From a virus (Duplodnaviria > Caudoviricetes): 64,000 nt of DNA. The stretch's first letter is position 1, and each line of letters starts with the position of its first letter. Positions 45,574 through 55,291 of this stretch are shown piece after piece. The stretch covers positions 33,491-97,490 of IMG/VR virus record IMGVR_UViG_3300020577_008743; one strand, 5' to 3'. The notes beneath the pieces are model-generated. The model worked only from the letters and a program-made list of their open reading frames with translations, was not told the origin of the DNA and ran no database searches. The translations under genes were made by a program, and so were the position numbers.

Positions 45574-48500
45574 TTACGCTCCTGGACGTCTAGTTGGGGA
45601 AGCTCCCATTGTGGATCCGGGAGCAACCAAGGGGGAAATCTCTTTATATCCCGGTATTCCCTTGACTGCTGATCCAAATCCTTCCACATACTGGCCAAAT
45701 TTATCAACGGCTCCATTCATGTCAATGTTGTTGATCATCCCATATCCTGCAGAAAAGTCTATACGACCTTCCTTCATTGCGGTTTGAACGTGTCGTATTT
45801 GTTCTCTACGAGCACGGTCCTGAGCCAAGAATGCAGCTCTGGCTTCGGGTGTCTGGTTGGCGTTAGTGTACTTGGATCCCGGGGATTCAACTTGTAGATC
45901 ATCTCGTTCTATAAGTCCGCTGGTGACTGCGTTTCTAGCCTCTTCTTCAGACTTGGCCCCCAAGAAGGCCTCTTCAAATTTACTGCCTTTCTTGAATACA
46001 TCTCCGCGTTTGTTGGGATCTCTTGCAGCTGCCATTGCATTGGAAAGCTTGCCTCCGAATCTGGAGAAAGGATCTTCACCCATGACTCTGGATTTGTCTG
46101 CGTCACTGAATATCTTACGGGCTGCAGCATACACATCAGTATTAGTGGCATCCCCCATACCATCACCACCGGCTGCGGTAACAACTCCAGCCCTTTTAAG
46201 CAGAGAACGGTCGGCTTTAATTCCGGAGTATTCTTCCCCTCCGGCTTCAACCATTCTTCTAGCAGCAGACATGATCTCATACTGAGAACCCAGATCTTTG
46301 CCTTTGAGCCCATCGATGGAATTGATTTTATCCATGACTCCAGCGTAGCCAGTCTTCCCTCCACCACTTTCTCGTTCCAACCCTTCGAAGCTTTTACTTA
46401 GATCAAAGTCTTGGCCGGCTTCTGCATATCTTTCTGGAATATGGCCACTCTTTGCCAGTCTGGCAATTGCATTGGCCCGTTCTACTGTAGAACCAGCAGT
46501 GAGTACTGCCTTGGCATCCTGATTTCCTCCCCGTGCCAACTCATTGACTTTGTCGGCAAGAGCTGAGCGACCGGCCAAACCTTTTCCGTTTGATTTGAAC
46601 TTTCCGAATTCTTTATAAGACAAAGATTCCGTCATTTCGGAATAAGAACGACCCACCATCTCACTGTTGGAACCCATCATCTTTTCGGTGAACCAACTTT
46701 GAATATCGTCAGTAGCCCCACCAGTGGTTTGGAGTAGACTACCAATTGCTCCAGCCATGCCTGACTTAGCAGAACGAAACGCTTTACTTACAGGAGAAAA
46801 CATGGCTGAGAAAAAAGTGTTGCCCTGCTGTTCGTTGTAATCTCTGGATGCCCTGAGTCTATCGGTGTTGATACCTGCTATCGCCAAGCCTCCGGCTTTT
46901 TCATCCTGCATAGACCCTTGACGAGCAATAGCTGCTTGTGCTTCCTGGTGAGAAAGACCGAACTGTCCCGTTAGAACAGAGTAGTACTCTCCGGCGGATC
47001 CTTTTCTACCCCTCGTTTGTGGCATGGATGCTTGCATTGCTTCCCCCGCCATTTTAATAAGAGCTTGAGGATCCTTTAACTGATCAGAAAGCATTGCCCC
47101 CTTATTTAACATCATGGATCCATACATATCCAGGGGATTTCTAGCCATAGCCTGCCCAAAGTTAGATACGTTACCTATCACACTGCTAGAAGTCTGGCCC
47201 GTCATGTATCGATTGGCCAACCTCATCATGTTGTATGGATTTTGCATACCGTTGACGCTAGCCGTAATGGCAGACTGAGAAGCCCCTTCTACTCCCCCCA
47301 TTTGGGCCATCAGGGCAGGGCTTACCAAGCCGCTTCTAAATGCAGTGGCGAACGAAGCCATGGCTTGAGCTCCGGCTATCTGACCTTGAAATCCATTAAG
47401 TCCGTTTGACTGAAATAGGTATTGACCTTGAGCCCCAACGGTATTCATCATTCGACTGGCAGAAATACCTGCTGCGGAGGCCAGTCCACCAACTGAAGCC
47501 ATTGCCGCTCCGGCTTGACTGATGCTAGCTCCGGCAGATTTGAATTTAGCTAAAAGTTGTACAGCTTCCTGTACGGAAGGTGTTTGGGCAATGGTCATAA
47601 TCATTTTCACCTGATTAGACATTGCTTCAACTCGTTTAGTTATTTGGCCTGCTCCAGCATCATCGAACAAACCCATCTGTGAACCCATGTCCAGCATGGT
47701 GTTCATATCTCGCCCGGAGAACATGGAGTCCTTGGCTCCGAACTTGGCCAGTCCAGTTCCAATGCGGGCTGACATGGCTCTGTTTAGACCTCCGCCGGTA
47801 TTGTCTCCGTAACCAGCCCCGAAGCTGACCCCCTGGAAGTTACGTCTGGCCAAGTTTTGGCCTTCTCGAATTGAGTTATAGTTATCGAAGACGAAGTAGT
47901 CAGCAGCTTTAGTTGCCAACTGGGCGGCGGCCATAGTTCCGAACAAAGTTCCACCCACAGAGCCTGCAATGCCTAAAGCCCCCAGGGCTCCTCTTCCAGC
48001 AGCTGAGCCAGCTATATCCATTCCCGTTGCAGCACCAAGACCCTTCATAAGCCCAGATCCTGCCCCTACCGCCATTCTCTCGCCCATCCCTGCAAACAGA
48101 CCCTGAGTTGCAGAACCTGCGGCATAAGCAGAGCTAAACGCAGTTCCCATCTCTGCCCTGGTCCCGCCGCTCATGAATGAGCCTACAGCAGCGGGTATTC
48201 CAGAAAGTCCACCGTAAAATGCCCGAGCCCCACCGGAAGCTATGCTAGTTCTAAAGTGACTATTGATTCCGCTGGCCATCGCCCACGCAGCTACTGGAAA
48301 GGCAATTTTTTGCATTCCGGCCATGGGGGCGTCCCATGCTTTACTGCCGGCTACATCATAAGCAGTGTTATCATAATGTTGATTTCCAACCCCATACATA
48401 GGGCCTTTGGTAAACTGCGCAGCTCCAGCCATAGCAGTTAAAAAGGAGGGGTTAGGATTTATATGCGGATAGGGTCCCTGACCTCCGTAAGGAGGCCGAT

Positions 48501-48630
48501 AAGGAGCATCATAACTGGGAGTGAGATAATTGGGGTTTATGCCCCAATTACCTCTGTTCATGTTGAAGGAGTTGAACGGTTGTTCGAAGGAATTCTGCTC
48601 GGTATTCGCAAATGTCGAAAAGATAGACAT
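45574..48630 (-). CDS. putative tape measure protein
   Basis: 1018 aa Ala/Gly/Met-rich helical; preceded by frameshifted chaperone pair. Confidence 0.7.
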   Translation of the reverse strand: MSIFSTFANTEQNSFEQPFNSFNMNRGNWGINPNYLTPSYDAPYRPPYGGQGPYPHINPNPSFLTAMAGAAQFTKGPMYGVGNQHYDNTAYDVAGSKAWDAPMAGMQKIAFPVAAWAMASGINSHFRTSIASGGARAFYGGLSGIPAAVGSFMSGGTRAEMGTAFSSAYAAGSATQGLFAGMGERMAVGAGSGLMKGLGAATGMDIAGSAAGRGALGALGIAGSVGGTLFGTMAAAQLATKAADYFVFDNYNSIREGQNLARRNFQGVSFGAGYGDNTGGGLNRAMSARIGTGLAKFGAKDSMFSGRDMNTMLDMGSQMGLFDDAGAGQITKRVEAMSNQVKMIMTIAQTPSVQEAVQLLAKFKSAGASISQAGAAMASVGGLASAAGISASRMMNTVGAQGQYLFQSNGLNGFQGQIAGAQAMASFATAFRSGLVSPALMAQMGGVEGASQSAITASVNGMQNPYNMMRLANRYMTGQTSSSVIGNVSNFGQAMARNPLDMYGSMMLNKGAMLSDQLKDPQALIKMAGEAMQASMPQTRGRKGSAGEYYSVLTGQFGLSHQEAQAAIARQGSMQDEKAGGLAIAGINTDRLRASRDYNEQQGNTFFSAMFSPVSKAFRSAKSGMAGAIGSLLQTTGGATDDIQSWFTEKMMGSNSEMVGRSYSEMTESLSYKEFGKFKSNGKGLAGRSALADKVNELARGGNQDAKAVLTAGSTVERANAIARLAKSGHIPERYAEAGQDFDLSKSFEGLERESGGGKTGYAGVMDKINSIDGLKGKDLGSQYEIMSAARRMVEAGGEEYSGIKADRSLLKRAGVVTAAGGDGMGDATNTDVYAAARKIFSDADKSRVMGEDPFSRFGGKLSNAMAAARDPNKRGDVFKKGSKFEEAFLGAKSEEEARNAVTSGLIERDDLQVESPGSKYTNANQTPEARAAFLAQDRARREQIRHVQTAMKEGRIDFSAGYGMINNIDMNGAVDKFGQYVEGFGSAVKGIPGYKEISPLVAPGSTMGASPTRRPGA

Positions 48631-48643
48631 AATAGATTTTAGC

Positions 48644-49051
48644 CTAGCGTCTTCTTACGTCCTTTGCGAAATCCTTCGGTAAACCAACAACTTCTATACC
48701 GCCCGTTTTGGAAGGTCTCAAGTATAACTGAAGGTCTTTCATATTCTCGTATTCCTTGAACATGGTATCTTGAGTAAGATTAGAAGCAAGTAATTCGAGA
48801 CTAAGTCCATAGGAAAGAGAGATGAATCTGTGCCAGTTTTCTTTAAGTTCAGCAGCAGTACTGTTACTATCCGGACCCAACCCAGAAATGCAGGCCTGAG
48901 CCATGAATTTAGTCCGGATCACCTCTCTCTCCATTTCCTGCTGGATGAAAGTGGTCAAAATGTAATCTTGTGGAGTGCCAAGAGGTGGGGGAGTTCGCCC
49001 TGTAAGGAAGAGTCTGAGCCTAGCTAAGGCCCAGGGCTTTGTTAGAAATTT
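48644..49051 (-). CDS. tail assembly chaperone GT-like extension (via -1 frameshift)
   Basis: Only a TTG start; -1 frame relative to 49042-49482 at A AAT TTC. Confidence 0.7.
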   Translation of the reverse strand, partial: KFLTKPWALARLRLFLTGRTPPPLGTPQDYILTTFIQQEMEREVIRTKFMAQACISGLGPDSNSTAAELKENWHRFISLSYGLSLELLASNLTQDTMFKEYENMKDLQLYLRPSKTGGIEVVGLPKDFAKDVRRR

Positions 49052-49482
49052 TGCTCTCCCTCTTGGCAAGCCGCAGCTACTTTGTCATCGAATTTGGCAA
49101 GCTCGTTGGAGATTGTATCGACGATATTAAGAGGCAGTTTGTTGAGGAATTTGATCTTGTCTTCTTTGGACATAACGGTCAGGTCTTTACCCTGGTATTC
49201 CGATAGAGAATAGATAAGGGCTTGAAATGCCCGTTCCTGTTGAAGTGTTGAGATAAGGTTGTAAGAAGTCTTATCCAATTCTTTGGCGATGTCCATAACC
49301 TCGCTAGTTGAACGGGTTCTGAAAGTAACCGCAAGCTTTCCTCTAATCTTAACTTCTTCCGCGTACTCTCCATTAAACAGAAGATCATCAAAGATCTTCA
49401 TTAGTTCGGTGGAATCATACTTGGGTTTTTTTGGTGTGGCTTCTTCTACCGCAGGTTTTTCTTGGTTAGGCGTAGTTTCCAT
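49042..49482 (-). CDS. tail assembly chaperone (G-like)
   Basis: Acidic helical protein ending in slippery heptamer plus TAA, upstream of tape measure; ATG 49482. Confidence 0.75.
   Translation of the reverse strand: METTPNQEKPAVEEATPKKPKYDSTELMKIFDDLLFNGEYAEEVKIRGKLAVTFRTRSTSEVMDIAKELDKTSYNLISTLQQERAFQALIYSLSEYQGKDLTVMSKEDKIKFLNKLPLNIVDTISNELAKFDDKVAAACQEGEQNF
49045..49051 (-). other. -1 ribosomal frameshift site A AAU UUC
   Basis: X XXY YYZ heptamer in frame immediately before the stop. Confidence 0.75.
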
Positions 49483-51091
49483 CTGATGTATTTTCTTTAG
49501 TAGTATCGTCAACGTATACAAAATCGCCGGAGATAATCATGTGAGCTAAGTTAGCAAAAACAACGCTATGAAAGCTATCATCTGGTATATCTTCATCGTG
49601 TCTAAAAACCCGTCTGCCTGAGTTGGTTTCCTCTTCAAAGATACTCAAACAATCAGACCAAAAAGGCTTTTCGGTTATTTCCCATCTAGGAGCTTCAAAT
49701 CGGTCCCGGCCTAACTTCATCTTTACAAACACGGTGTCCATAGCCATGGTTCTATCAGCGGCGTAATATTGACCTTGCATATCATACCGTAAATAGTGTT
49801 TGGCTGCAACATAATTTATAGGGAAAACTCGGTCACGGCCGAGTTTCTGTTGGAGCAGTTGACATTGAAGAACTCCGACTCCACGGTCTGAGCCAATAGC
49901 TTGGGCTCTGTATTGGGTGAAAATCTGGGCTACTCTATCAACTTGTTCCAAAATATCAACTCCGTTAAGGCGTTGGGAATACATAAGGTACATCTTGCCC
50001 AAGTAATCAAATCCTAAAACAGAGACAATAGTGAATGACTTTTCAGAAGCAGTAACGGACCAATCTACCCCCACAACCACGCTGGTTATACTTCTCCCGT
50101 CGATTTCCCAACCTTTATCCCACTCGGTCCATGAGGGGTTTGAGCAGGCCATAGCTTCGTATTCAGATAAAATGCGGCCTCCTATACCAACGGGGAGACC
50201 AAAGACTTCGTTTGAAAGTTTGGGCAGTGGGTATGTTAGAACTTTCTCTCTGAGTTCCGCCCATTTTTTAGGGGTAGTTCTAAAGGGTATTATAAGCTGA
50301 GGAAGGGAGAAGCCAAGTTTTTCTTTAATGTCCGGTCGACCCGCGATCCATTGACCGGTGGACATATCCAAAAGGGTTTTGCATTTCTGACAACTTGGAC
50401 CCTCATCCCTGGTACACATTGCCATGCATTCTTCAAATGTCTTTGGTATGTTGTGGTAATTACAACTAGGACATTTGACTACCCAGTGACATTGAGACGT
50501 GGTTCTGAACACATACTCCAAGGTATTATTCAAAGTTTTGGACGTACCCATTAGTCGTTTGAAACCATGTTTAGACGCGGAAAGGGTTTCATATACTACC
50601 GGCAAAGCATCGTGGGCTATCCCCTGAACTTCGTCTAGAAAAACAGAGTCCGCCGAAATCCCCCGGATACGGTTTGAATCAGATTCAGTCTCAACATAGG
50701 ACAGGTAAACAATGGAACCATTTTTAAGAGTTTTTTCGCCTACATTCTTTTTTGAGTCTGCATTCCTGAAGTATTTTTTTACCAAAGGAGCATCAAAGAA
50801 ACTATCCAGATACATGGATGAAAATCTGGATGTCTGTTGTTGGAGAGGGGACAAAAACAAAGTTATAAAGTGATTCCTAATTATACTTTTTGTAGTTATG
50901 ATCGCCCCCATGAAAACAGTTTTTCCTATCTGGCGGGATGCCCTACATACTAATAATTCCGGGTCAACGTCATATAGAATTTGCATGGGTTTGTACCCTT
51001 CAAAATCCAACGGTTGTCCTTTTACTTTCAATAGGGCTTTTGCAACCTGAGATCCAGATATATGATGTATTGCATCCAGCGGATTAGTCAT
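49466..51091 (-). CDS. terL: terminase large subunit (GpA-like)
   Basis: SRQIGKT Walker A, RGISAD...LDEVQ Walker B, MGT, CxxC pairs, GVDW nuclease, PDD..HS. Confidence 0.92.
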   Translation of the reverse strand: MTNPLDAIHHISGSQVAKALLKVKGQPLDFEGYKPMQILYDVDPELLVCRASRQIGKTVFMGAIITTKSIIRNHFITLFLSPLQQQTSRFSSMYLDSFFDAPLVKKYFRNADSKKNVGEKTLKNGSIVYLSYVETESDSNRIRGISADSVFLDEVQGIAHDALPVVYETLSASKHGFKRLMGTSKTLNNTLEYVFRTTSQCHWVVKCPSCNYHNIPKTFEECMAMCTRDEGPSCQKCKTLLDMSTGQWIAGRPDIKEKLGFSLPQLIIPFRTTPKKWAELREKVLTYPLPKLSNEVFGLPVGIGGRILSEYEAMACSNPSWTEWDKGWEIDGRSITSVVVGVDWSVTASEKSFTIVSVLGFDYLGKMYLMYSQRLNGVDILEQVDRVAQIFTQYRAQAIGSDRGVGVLQCQLLQQKLGRDRVFPINYVAAKHYLRYDMQGQYYAADRTMAMDTVFVKMKLGRDRFEAPRWEITEKPFWSDCLSIFEEETNSGRRVFRHDEDIPDDSFHSVVFANLAHMIISGDFVYVDDTTKENTSDGNYA

Positions 51092-51842
51092 ATAGTAGCC
51101 CCATTTCTAAAAAACGAGAACGTTTACGTTCTAGACAAAATTGGTATTCGTAACCGGTGTAGATGTAATCATAAAATCGTTTAACATCTTGACGATTTTT
51201 TACGATAACAGAATGTTGGCCATTCGGTATCGGGGAAGTAACTTTCTTCTTTTTTGTGAAATGATTCCTCAGAACGTAAAAAGAAGGGCGTTCCCATTCA
51301 ACATGCTTAGCTATATCAGTAATCAATTGCCAAGAACCGACTATTTCTATGTACGCGTACTTATGATTTTGATCCGTAAAAACTATACAACCATCCCCCT
51401 CAAAAATGCCCCGTAGATACCCCTTCTTAGATTCAACAGTAGGTAAATCATCGAAATTTGAAGGTTGAGTGTAAGTTTTAGCCTGAGATAGGCCCAAGTC
51501 TTTAAGTTTGGAAACTAATTTCTTAGAACAAATACATAATCTTACAGAAGTAGTTTCGTGTGTTTTTTTAGGTACGAGTCTGGTAACGTATGACTTACTC
51601 CCTCCTAAAACCGCGTGAACATAATCTATCAGGGCTTCGTCTCGATCATTCACATCAAACTTTATGTGGTAGGGAATATCTCTGATATACCCATCAGAGC
51701 TTATAAGTCCCAGTATATATCCCTTGTGTTCATCAGACAGATCATCAAAGAAAGTTTCGTCTTTAAATACTCCGTGCAGTCCTGCAGTTTTCGTAGGCAA
51801 CTTATTAATATCTTGGCTCATACCTAATTTTAACATTTCCAT
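51084..51842 (-). CDS. free-standing LAGLIDADG homing endonuclease
   Basis: GYILGLISSDG and GYLRGIFEGDG motifs, LERK end; visibly AT-rich. Confidence 0.88.
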   Translation of the reverse strand: MEMLKLGMSQDINKLPTKTAGLHGVFKDETFFDDLSDEHKGYILGLISSDGYIRDIPYHIKFDVNDRDEALIDYVHAVLGGSKSYVTRLVPKKTHETTSVRLCICSKKLVSKLKDLGLSQAKTYTQPSNFDDLPTVESKKGYLRGIFEGDGCIVFTDQNHKYAYIEIVGSWQLITDIAKHVEWERPSFYVLRNHFTKKKKVTSPIPNGQHSVIVKNRQDVKRFYDYIYTGYEYQFCLERKRSRFLEMGLLYD

Positions 51843-51861
51843 TCAATAAATGCAAATACCG

Positions 51862-51870
51862 TGGTATAAC
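51862..51870 (+). promoter_or_regulatory. TGGTATAA promoter motif for the ubiquitin-like module
   Basis: Recurrent motif upstream of Ubl gene. Confidence 0.6.
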
Positions 51871-51960
51871 TATTATGAGCAGGAGTTCATAGCTCTTGTT
51901 TTACCCTCTCTTTTTCCTGCTCAAATAACACAACCTAAACGTTTGGAGTAAAAAGCAAAA

Positions 51961-52161
51961 ATGGCAACTATCACCACCACCGTTCTCGAAGTCGTGTCGA
52001 CCGGTCAAGAATTCAGCATCCCCGGCGATTACACTCCGGAACAACTGGTAACCACGTACGGCGCCAATGTGCCCGGCCTGGCTTCCATGCAGTCCGAAGT
52101 TTCCGTGAGCGGCAGCACGAAGCGCGTGACCTTCCGTCCCCGCACCGGCAACAAGGGCTAA
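51961..52161 (+). CDS. ubiquitin-like protein (PRTRC protein C-like)
   Basis: 66 aa; TPEQL...Y....P.L...F....GNKG C-terminal Gly; next to E2, JAB, E1. Confidence 0.85.
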   Translation: MATITTTVLEVVSTGQEFSIPGDYTPEQLVTTYGANVPGLASMQSEVSVSGSTKRVTFRPRTGNKG

Positions 52162-52179
52162 ACCCCTGGTTTGACGAAG

Positions 52180-52218
52180 AAACAGCTTGGGTCCTTGGGG
52201 ATTCAAGCTGTTTTTTTT
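52180..52218 (+). terminator. strong intrinsic terminator after Ubl
   Basis: AACAGCTTGGGTCC/GGATTCAAGCTGTT plus T8. Confidence 0.85.
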
Positions 52219-52252
52219 AGGTGTAAATTTCCCGTTAAGAGGATAACAAAAT

Positions 52253-52936
52253 ATGTATGAACAAGTTATTGATTCCCTCTATTTAGGATCCCAAACCGAT
52301 GGCCTGTTGAATTCTTCCAACGCCAGGACTAAGTTGAATAGCTTGGGATTGCAACTTTTGTATGACAATGGCCTAGTGACCAAAAGTTTCAAAAGTCCTC
52401 TAAACGTAGTGGACTCAACGGATAGAAAACGAACACAAATTCGGCTGGGCAATATCATCGCTGCCCATCTGTACAAGGTAATTCCGGCGCTGAAGCACAT
52501 GATTGAAACATCTGAATCAATCATGACATTCCCTGCTGCAGATCTTAACTACGCCCCCCCGGTGATAACTCACCGTGACAACAAAGTACAAGTTCCCCTT
52601 ATTCGGTACATGGATCCTTTCGTTGCAACCCCTAAGTACACCAAGGCGAAAAGAGCTCTTGAAAAGTACATCGGAATGCTGAACAGAAAGCTTGCTGGAA
52701 TATGTGGAGTGTCTGGCTCAGGTCTCTGGGTTATTGGGCTTGTCCGTAGAAATTTAGGGGCAGGAAGTATCCACTATTTGGTTCTGGAAATGGAATTCGG
52801 GGTGTCCAACTCGAATGCATTTGCTGCGTTCATGATGGTTCTGACCGACATGCCCTCTCTTCTCAAAATAACGAAAACCATCTCTAGGGTGAGACTTTCC
52901 GAAAGGATCCCGAATGCTGGACTTTTTAGCCGCTGA
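52253..52936 (+). CDS. hypothetical protein in Ub module
   Basis: ORF with GAGG RBS. Confidence 0.7.
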   Translation: MYEQVIDSLYLGSQTDGLLNSSNARTKLNSLGLQLLYDNGLVTKSFKSPLNVVDSTDRKRTQIRLGNIIAAHLYKVIPALKHMIETSESIMTFPAADLNYAPPVITHRDNKVQVPLIRYMDPFVATPKYTKAKRALEKYIGMLNRKLAGICGVSGSGLWVIGLVRRNLGAGSIHYLVLEMEFGVSNSNAFAAFMMVLTDMPSLLKITKTISRVRLSERIPNAGLFSR

Positions 52937-53156
52937 GCTAGAAAAAGCAGAGAGCATCACAGAAACTCTGACAGAACTCAAAAGGGTAGTTGAAGTTGGA
53001 CCAAAGACCTTCAAGGATTTCTCGACGGTATTCACCCTTGCCGTGGGGGGTACTATCGATGCAGTCTCTCCAAAGAGAAGGATCAGTTCCGGCGTCATGA
53101 GATCTCTGATTAACACCGCACAATACTGTGTAACCGATGATGAGGATTTCGTCTAA
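52914..53156 (+). CDS. hypothetical protein in Ub module
   Basis: Coupled ORF, acidic tail. Confidence 0.6.
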   Translation: MLDFLAAELEKAESITETLTELKRVVEVGPKTFKDFSTVFTLAVGGTIDAVSPKRRISSGVMRSLINTAQYCVTDDEDFV

Positions 53157-53158
53157 TC

Positions 53159-53920
53159 ATGCAAGAGCCTAACATTCTGGTAAGCCCCGTTTCTCTGGCA
53201 CCTCCAGGGCCAACAGTTCAACCAGCCGCCCCCGTGAGAGCCCCAGCTCAGCAGGTTACTATGTTCGAATCCCACGTCGAACTAAGGCAGCCCGACGGTA
53301 CCACCAAAGCAATCACTCTGGCCTCCTTCTACGACATTCTCACTCAAGCAATGTCCATCAAGGCGACTTCGGTGAAGAGCAATTTCTTGCTTCCCGCCGG
53401 CTGCTACAACTTCGGAGTGTCGGCAACATCCCTTCAGCTCAGTTGTTACTATCCCGGTAAGGTCCGGGCGATCAAGTTCGACAATTCCAGGGATGGGGAG
53501 AAGATCAAAGAGTTTCAGATTCCGTTTCCCAACATTCTAATCACCCACACTCTGACCAAGTCGAAAGACGAGTGGAGACTTTCGTCTACTCATTACTTCT
53601 GTACAAACCTGGGAGTCAATTCTCTCCCCACCGGTCACCCAATCAGAAATCCAGCGGGGGGAATTTGGCACGTACCTCTTCCGAACATGTACACCGATGG
53701 AAGAATGTGTTATGGGGGAAATTCCCTTATTGTCAACTTTCCCCTGGACAATCTACGCGGTCTGGACTGGTATTTCCGCATGTTGTTTGAATCTCCCTTC
53801 AATACCGACCTGGGAGTACAGGAACTTTCTGACTCCTCCGGAGTGAAGGCCTGGCTCACTCACCTTGACACCATCGGCAGAGCTGGCGGTGAATTCCCCT
53901 ACAAGAAACTCAGAGGCTAA
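53159..53920 (+). CDS. prokaryotic E2 family D (PRTRC protein B-like)
   Basis: IPFPNIL, PLPNMYTDGRMCYG catalytic Cys region, FESPFNTDL. Confidence 0.85.
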   Translation: MQEPNILVSPVSLAPPGPTVQPAAPVRAPAQQVTMFESHVELRQPDGTTKAITLASFYDILTQAMSIKATSVKSNFLLPAGCYNFGVSATSLQLSCYYPGKVRAIKFDNSRDGEKIKEFQIPFPNILITHTLTKSKDEWRLSSTHYFCTNLGVNSLPTGHPIRNPAGGIWHVPLPNMYTDGRMCYGGNSLIVNFPLDNLRGLDWYFRMLFESPFNTDLGVQELSDSSGVKAWLTHLDTIGRAGGEFPYKKLRG

Positions 53921-53924
53921 AGAA

Positions 53925-55232
53925 ATGCAAGTTCTGACTCCACACATTTCGTGCATCGTCGCTCCTTCCGAACTCCAATCCGCAGTGGATCAGGGTTTTG
54001 GGGAAATCTACGTCATCACCCCTAAGGGCCCCTACAAGAGAACGAGGCTCACTCACGGCAGAACTCTGCTTCTGAAAGTGGATTCCATTCCTGGAATCAC
54101 CGACGATGTGAGAGAAGAGATCAACTTCCTTCCGGCCGGCAAGGTGCCGTACGCCCTCTTCAACGACATCGTCAACTTCTTCCGGGCGGTGATGACCGTC
54201 AAGAAAGCCGAGCAAGAAGCCATGGCCCACATTCTGTGGAATCCCACGGCTGGTTATCACATCGGTATTCCCACTCAGTCCGTGTCGAAAGCTTCTGTTC
54301 GGTATGACTTCGACGACGTGAAACAAGGTGACGTGATCGTGGTTGACATTCACAGCCACAACACCATGGGCGCGTTCTTCAGCGGAACCGACAACAACGA
54401 TGATCGTCGGTCCATTTGCTATTCGGGCGTCGTTGGTCATCTTGAAAAACCAGAGCCCATGACGGTCTGGAGATTCAACATCGGCGAAGTAAAGAAGGAG
54501 TGCAAATTCTCGGACATCTTCGACGTGGAAGTGGCGACAACTGAAGTCAGTGAAGAATGGCTGAACAAAGTGACAGTCGGTCACTCCTACTCAGGAGGAC
54601 ACCACTACCCAAAAACCGGCGGGTCTCCGTGGGAAATGACTCCTCGGGGACCCCACTTCTACACGGGGGGACAGGGAGTGGCAAGAAGGGGAAGCGTGGT
54701 AAACGGAGAGGCAAGTAGCAATCAAGCCTCTTTCGGGTTTCTGTCTCATCTTCCTAACGCCAACTCTAGCGTTCATCCCGATGGGCCTTCCAACCTTGAA
54801 CAGGCTCTGGGAGTAACCGCTGATCCTGACCTGTGGAATGACTATGAAGAACTGCTGGGAATTCAATATCCCGAAATGAAAACACAAGCTCCTGGCCCGT
54901 TGGCAGTTACTCACAAGACTATCCCGGCTCCTGAGGATGACTCTGGAATTTCCAACATCAACGCAGGGGCCAAGGATTTCCATCGGGTAAGGCCTGGTGA
55001 TCTGACTGACGTGGACGACGAAGACAACGATCCTGTCGGTTTTGGTAGTCCTGGATCAGAAGCTCATATGATCTGCGAGTATGGCCCCCTTGCTGCAACG
55101 GCCTATGAACAGATTGGCGTCTATCTGCAAGACCTGGAACAAGTGGATGAATTACTGATGGATCTGCTGAGAGATGTCTATGACATGCTTAGCGAATCTG
55201 CTCAAGCAAGGATTCAGACAAACGGGTTTTAA
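53925..55232 (+). CDS. JAB/MPN metallopeptidase (PRTRC protein A-like) with long low-complexity tail
   Basis: E...P.Q.VS, DIHSHNTMGAFFSGTDNNDD JAMM motif; ATG 53925. Confidence 0.9.
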   Translation: MQVLTPHISCIVAPSELQSAVDQGFGEIYVITPKGPYKRTRLTHGRTLLLKVDSIPGITDDVREEINFLPAGKVPYALFNDIVNFFRAVMTVKKAEQEAMAHILWNPTAGYHIGIPTQSVSKASVRYDFDDVKQGDVIVVDIHSHNTMGAFFSGTDNNDDRRSICYSGVVGHLEKPEPMTVWRFNIGEVKKECKFSDIFDVEVATTEVSEEWLNKVTVGHSYSGGHHYPKTGGSPWEMTPRGPHFYTGGQGVARRGSVVNGEASSNQASFGFLSHLPNANSSVHPDGPSNLEQALGVTADPDLWNDYEELLGIQYPEMKTQAPGPLAVTHKTIPAPEDDSGISNINAGAKDFHRVRPGDLTDVDDEDNDPVGFGSPGSEAHMICEYGPLAATAYEQIGVYLQDLEQVDELLMDLLRDVYDMLSESAQARIQTNGF

Positions 55233-55291
55233 AGGTATAAGGGGGTGTAATTCCCCCGCCCCCTTCCCTTCCTTTGAAAAGGTAAGTCATT

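Noticed and set aside
18200-51800. Numerous plus-strand ORFs of 60-155 aa in the structural block
   Set aside because: Antisense shadows of long, tightly coupled minus-strand genes
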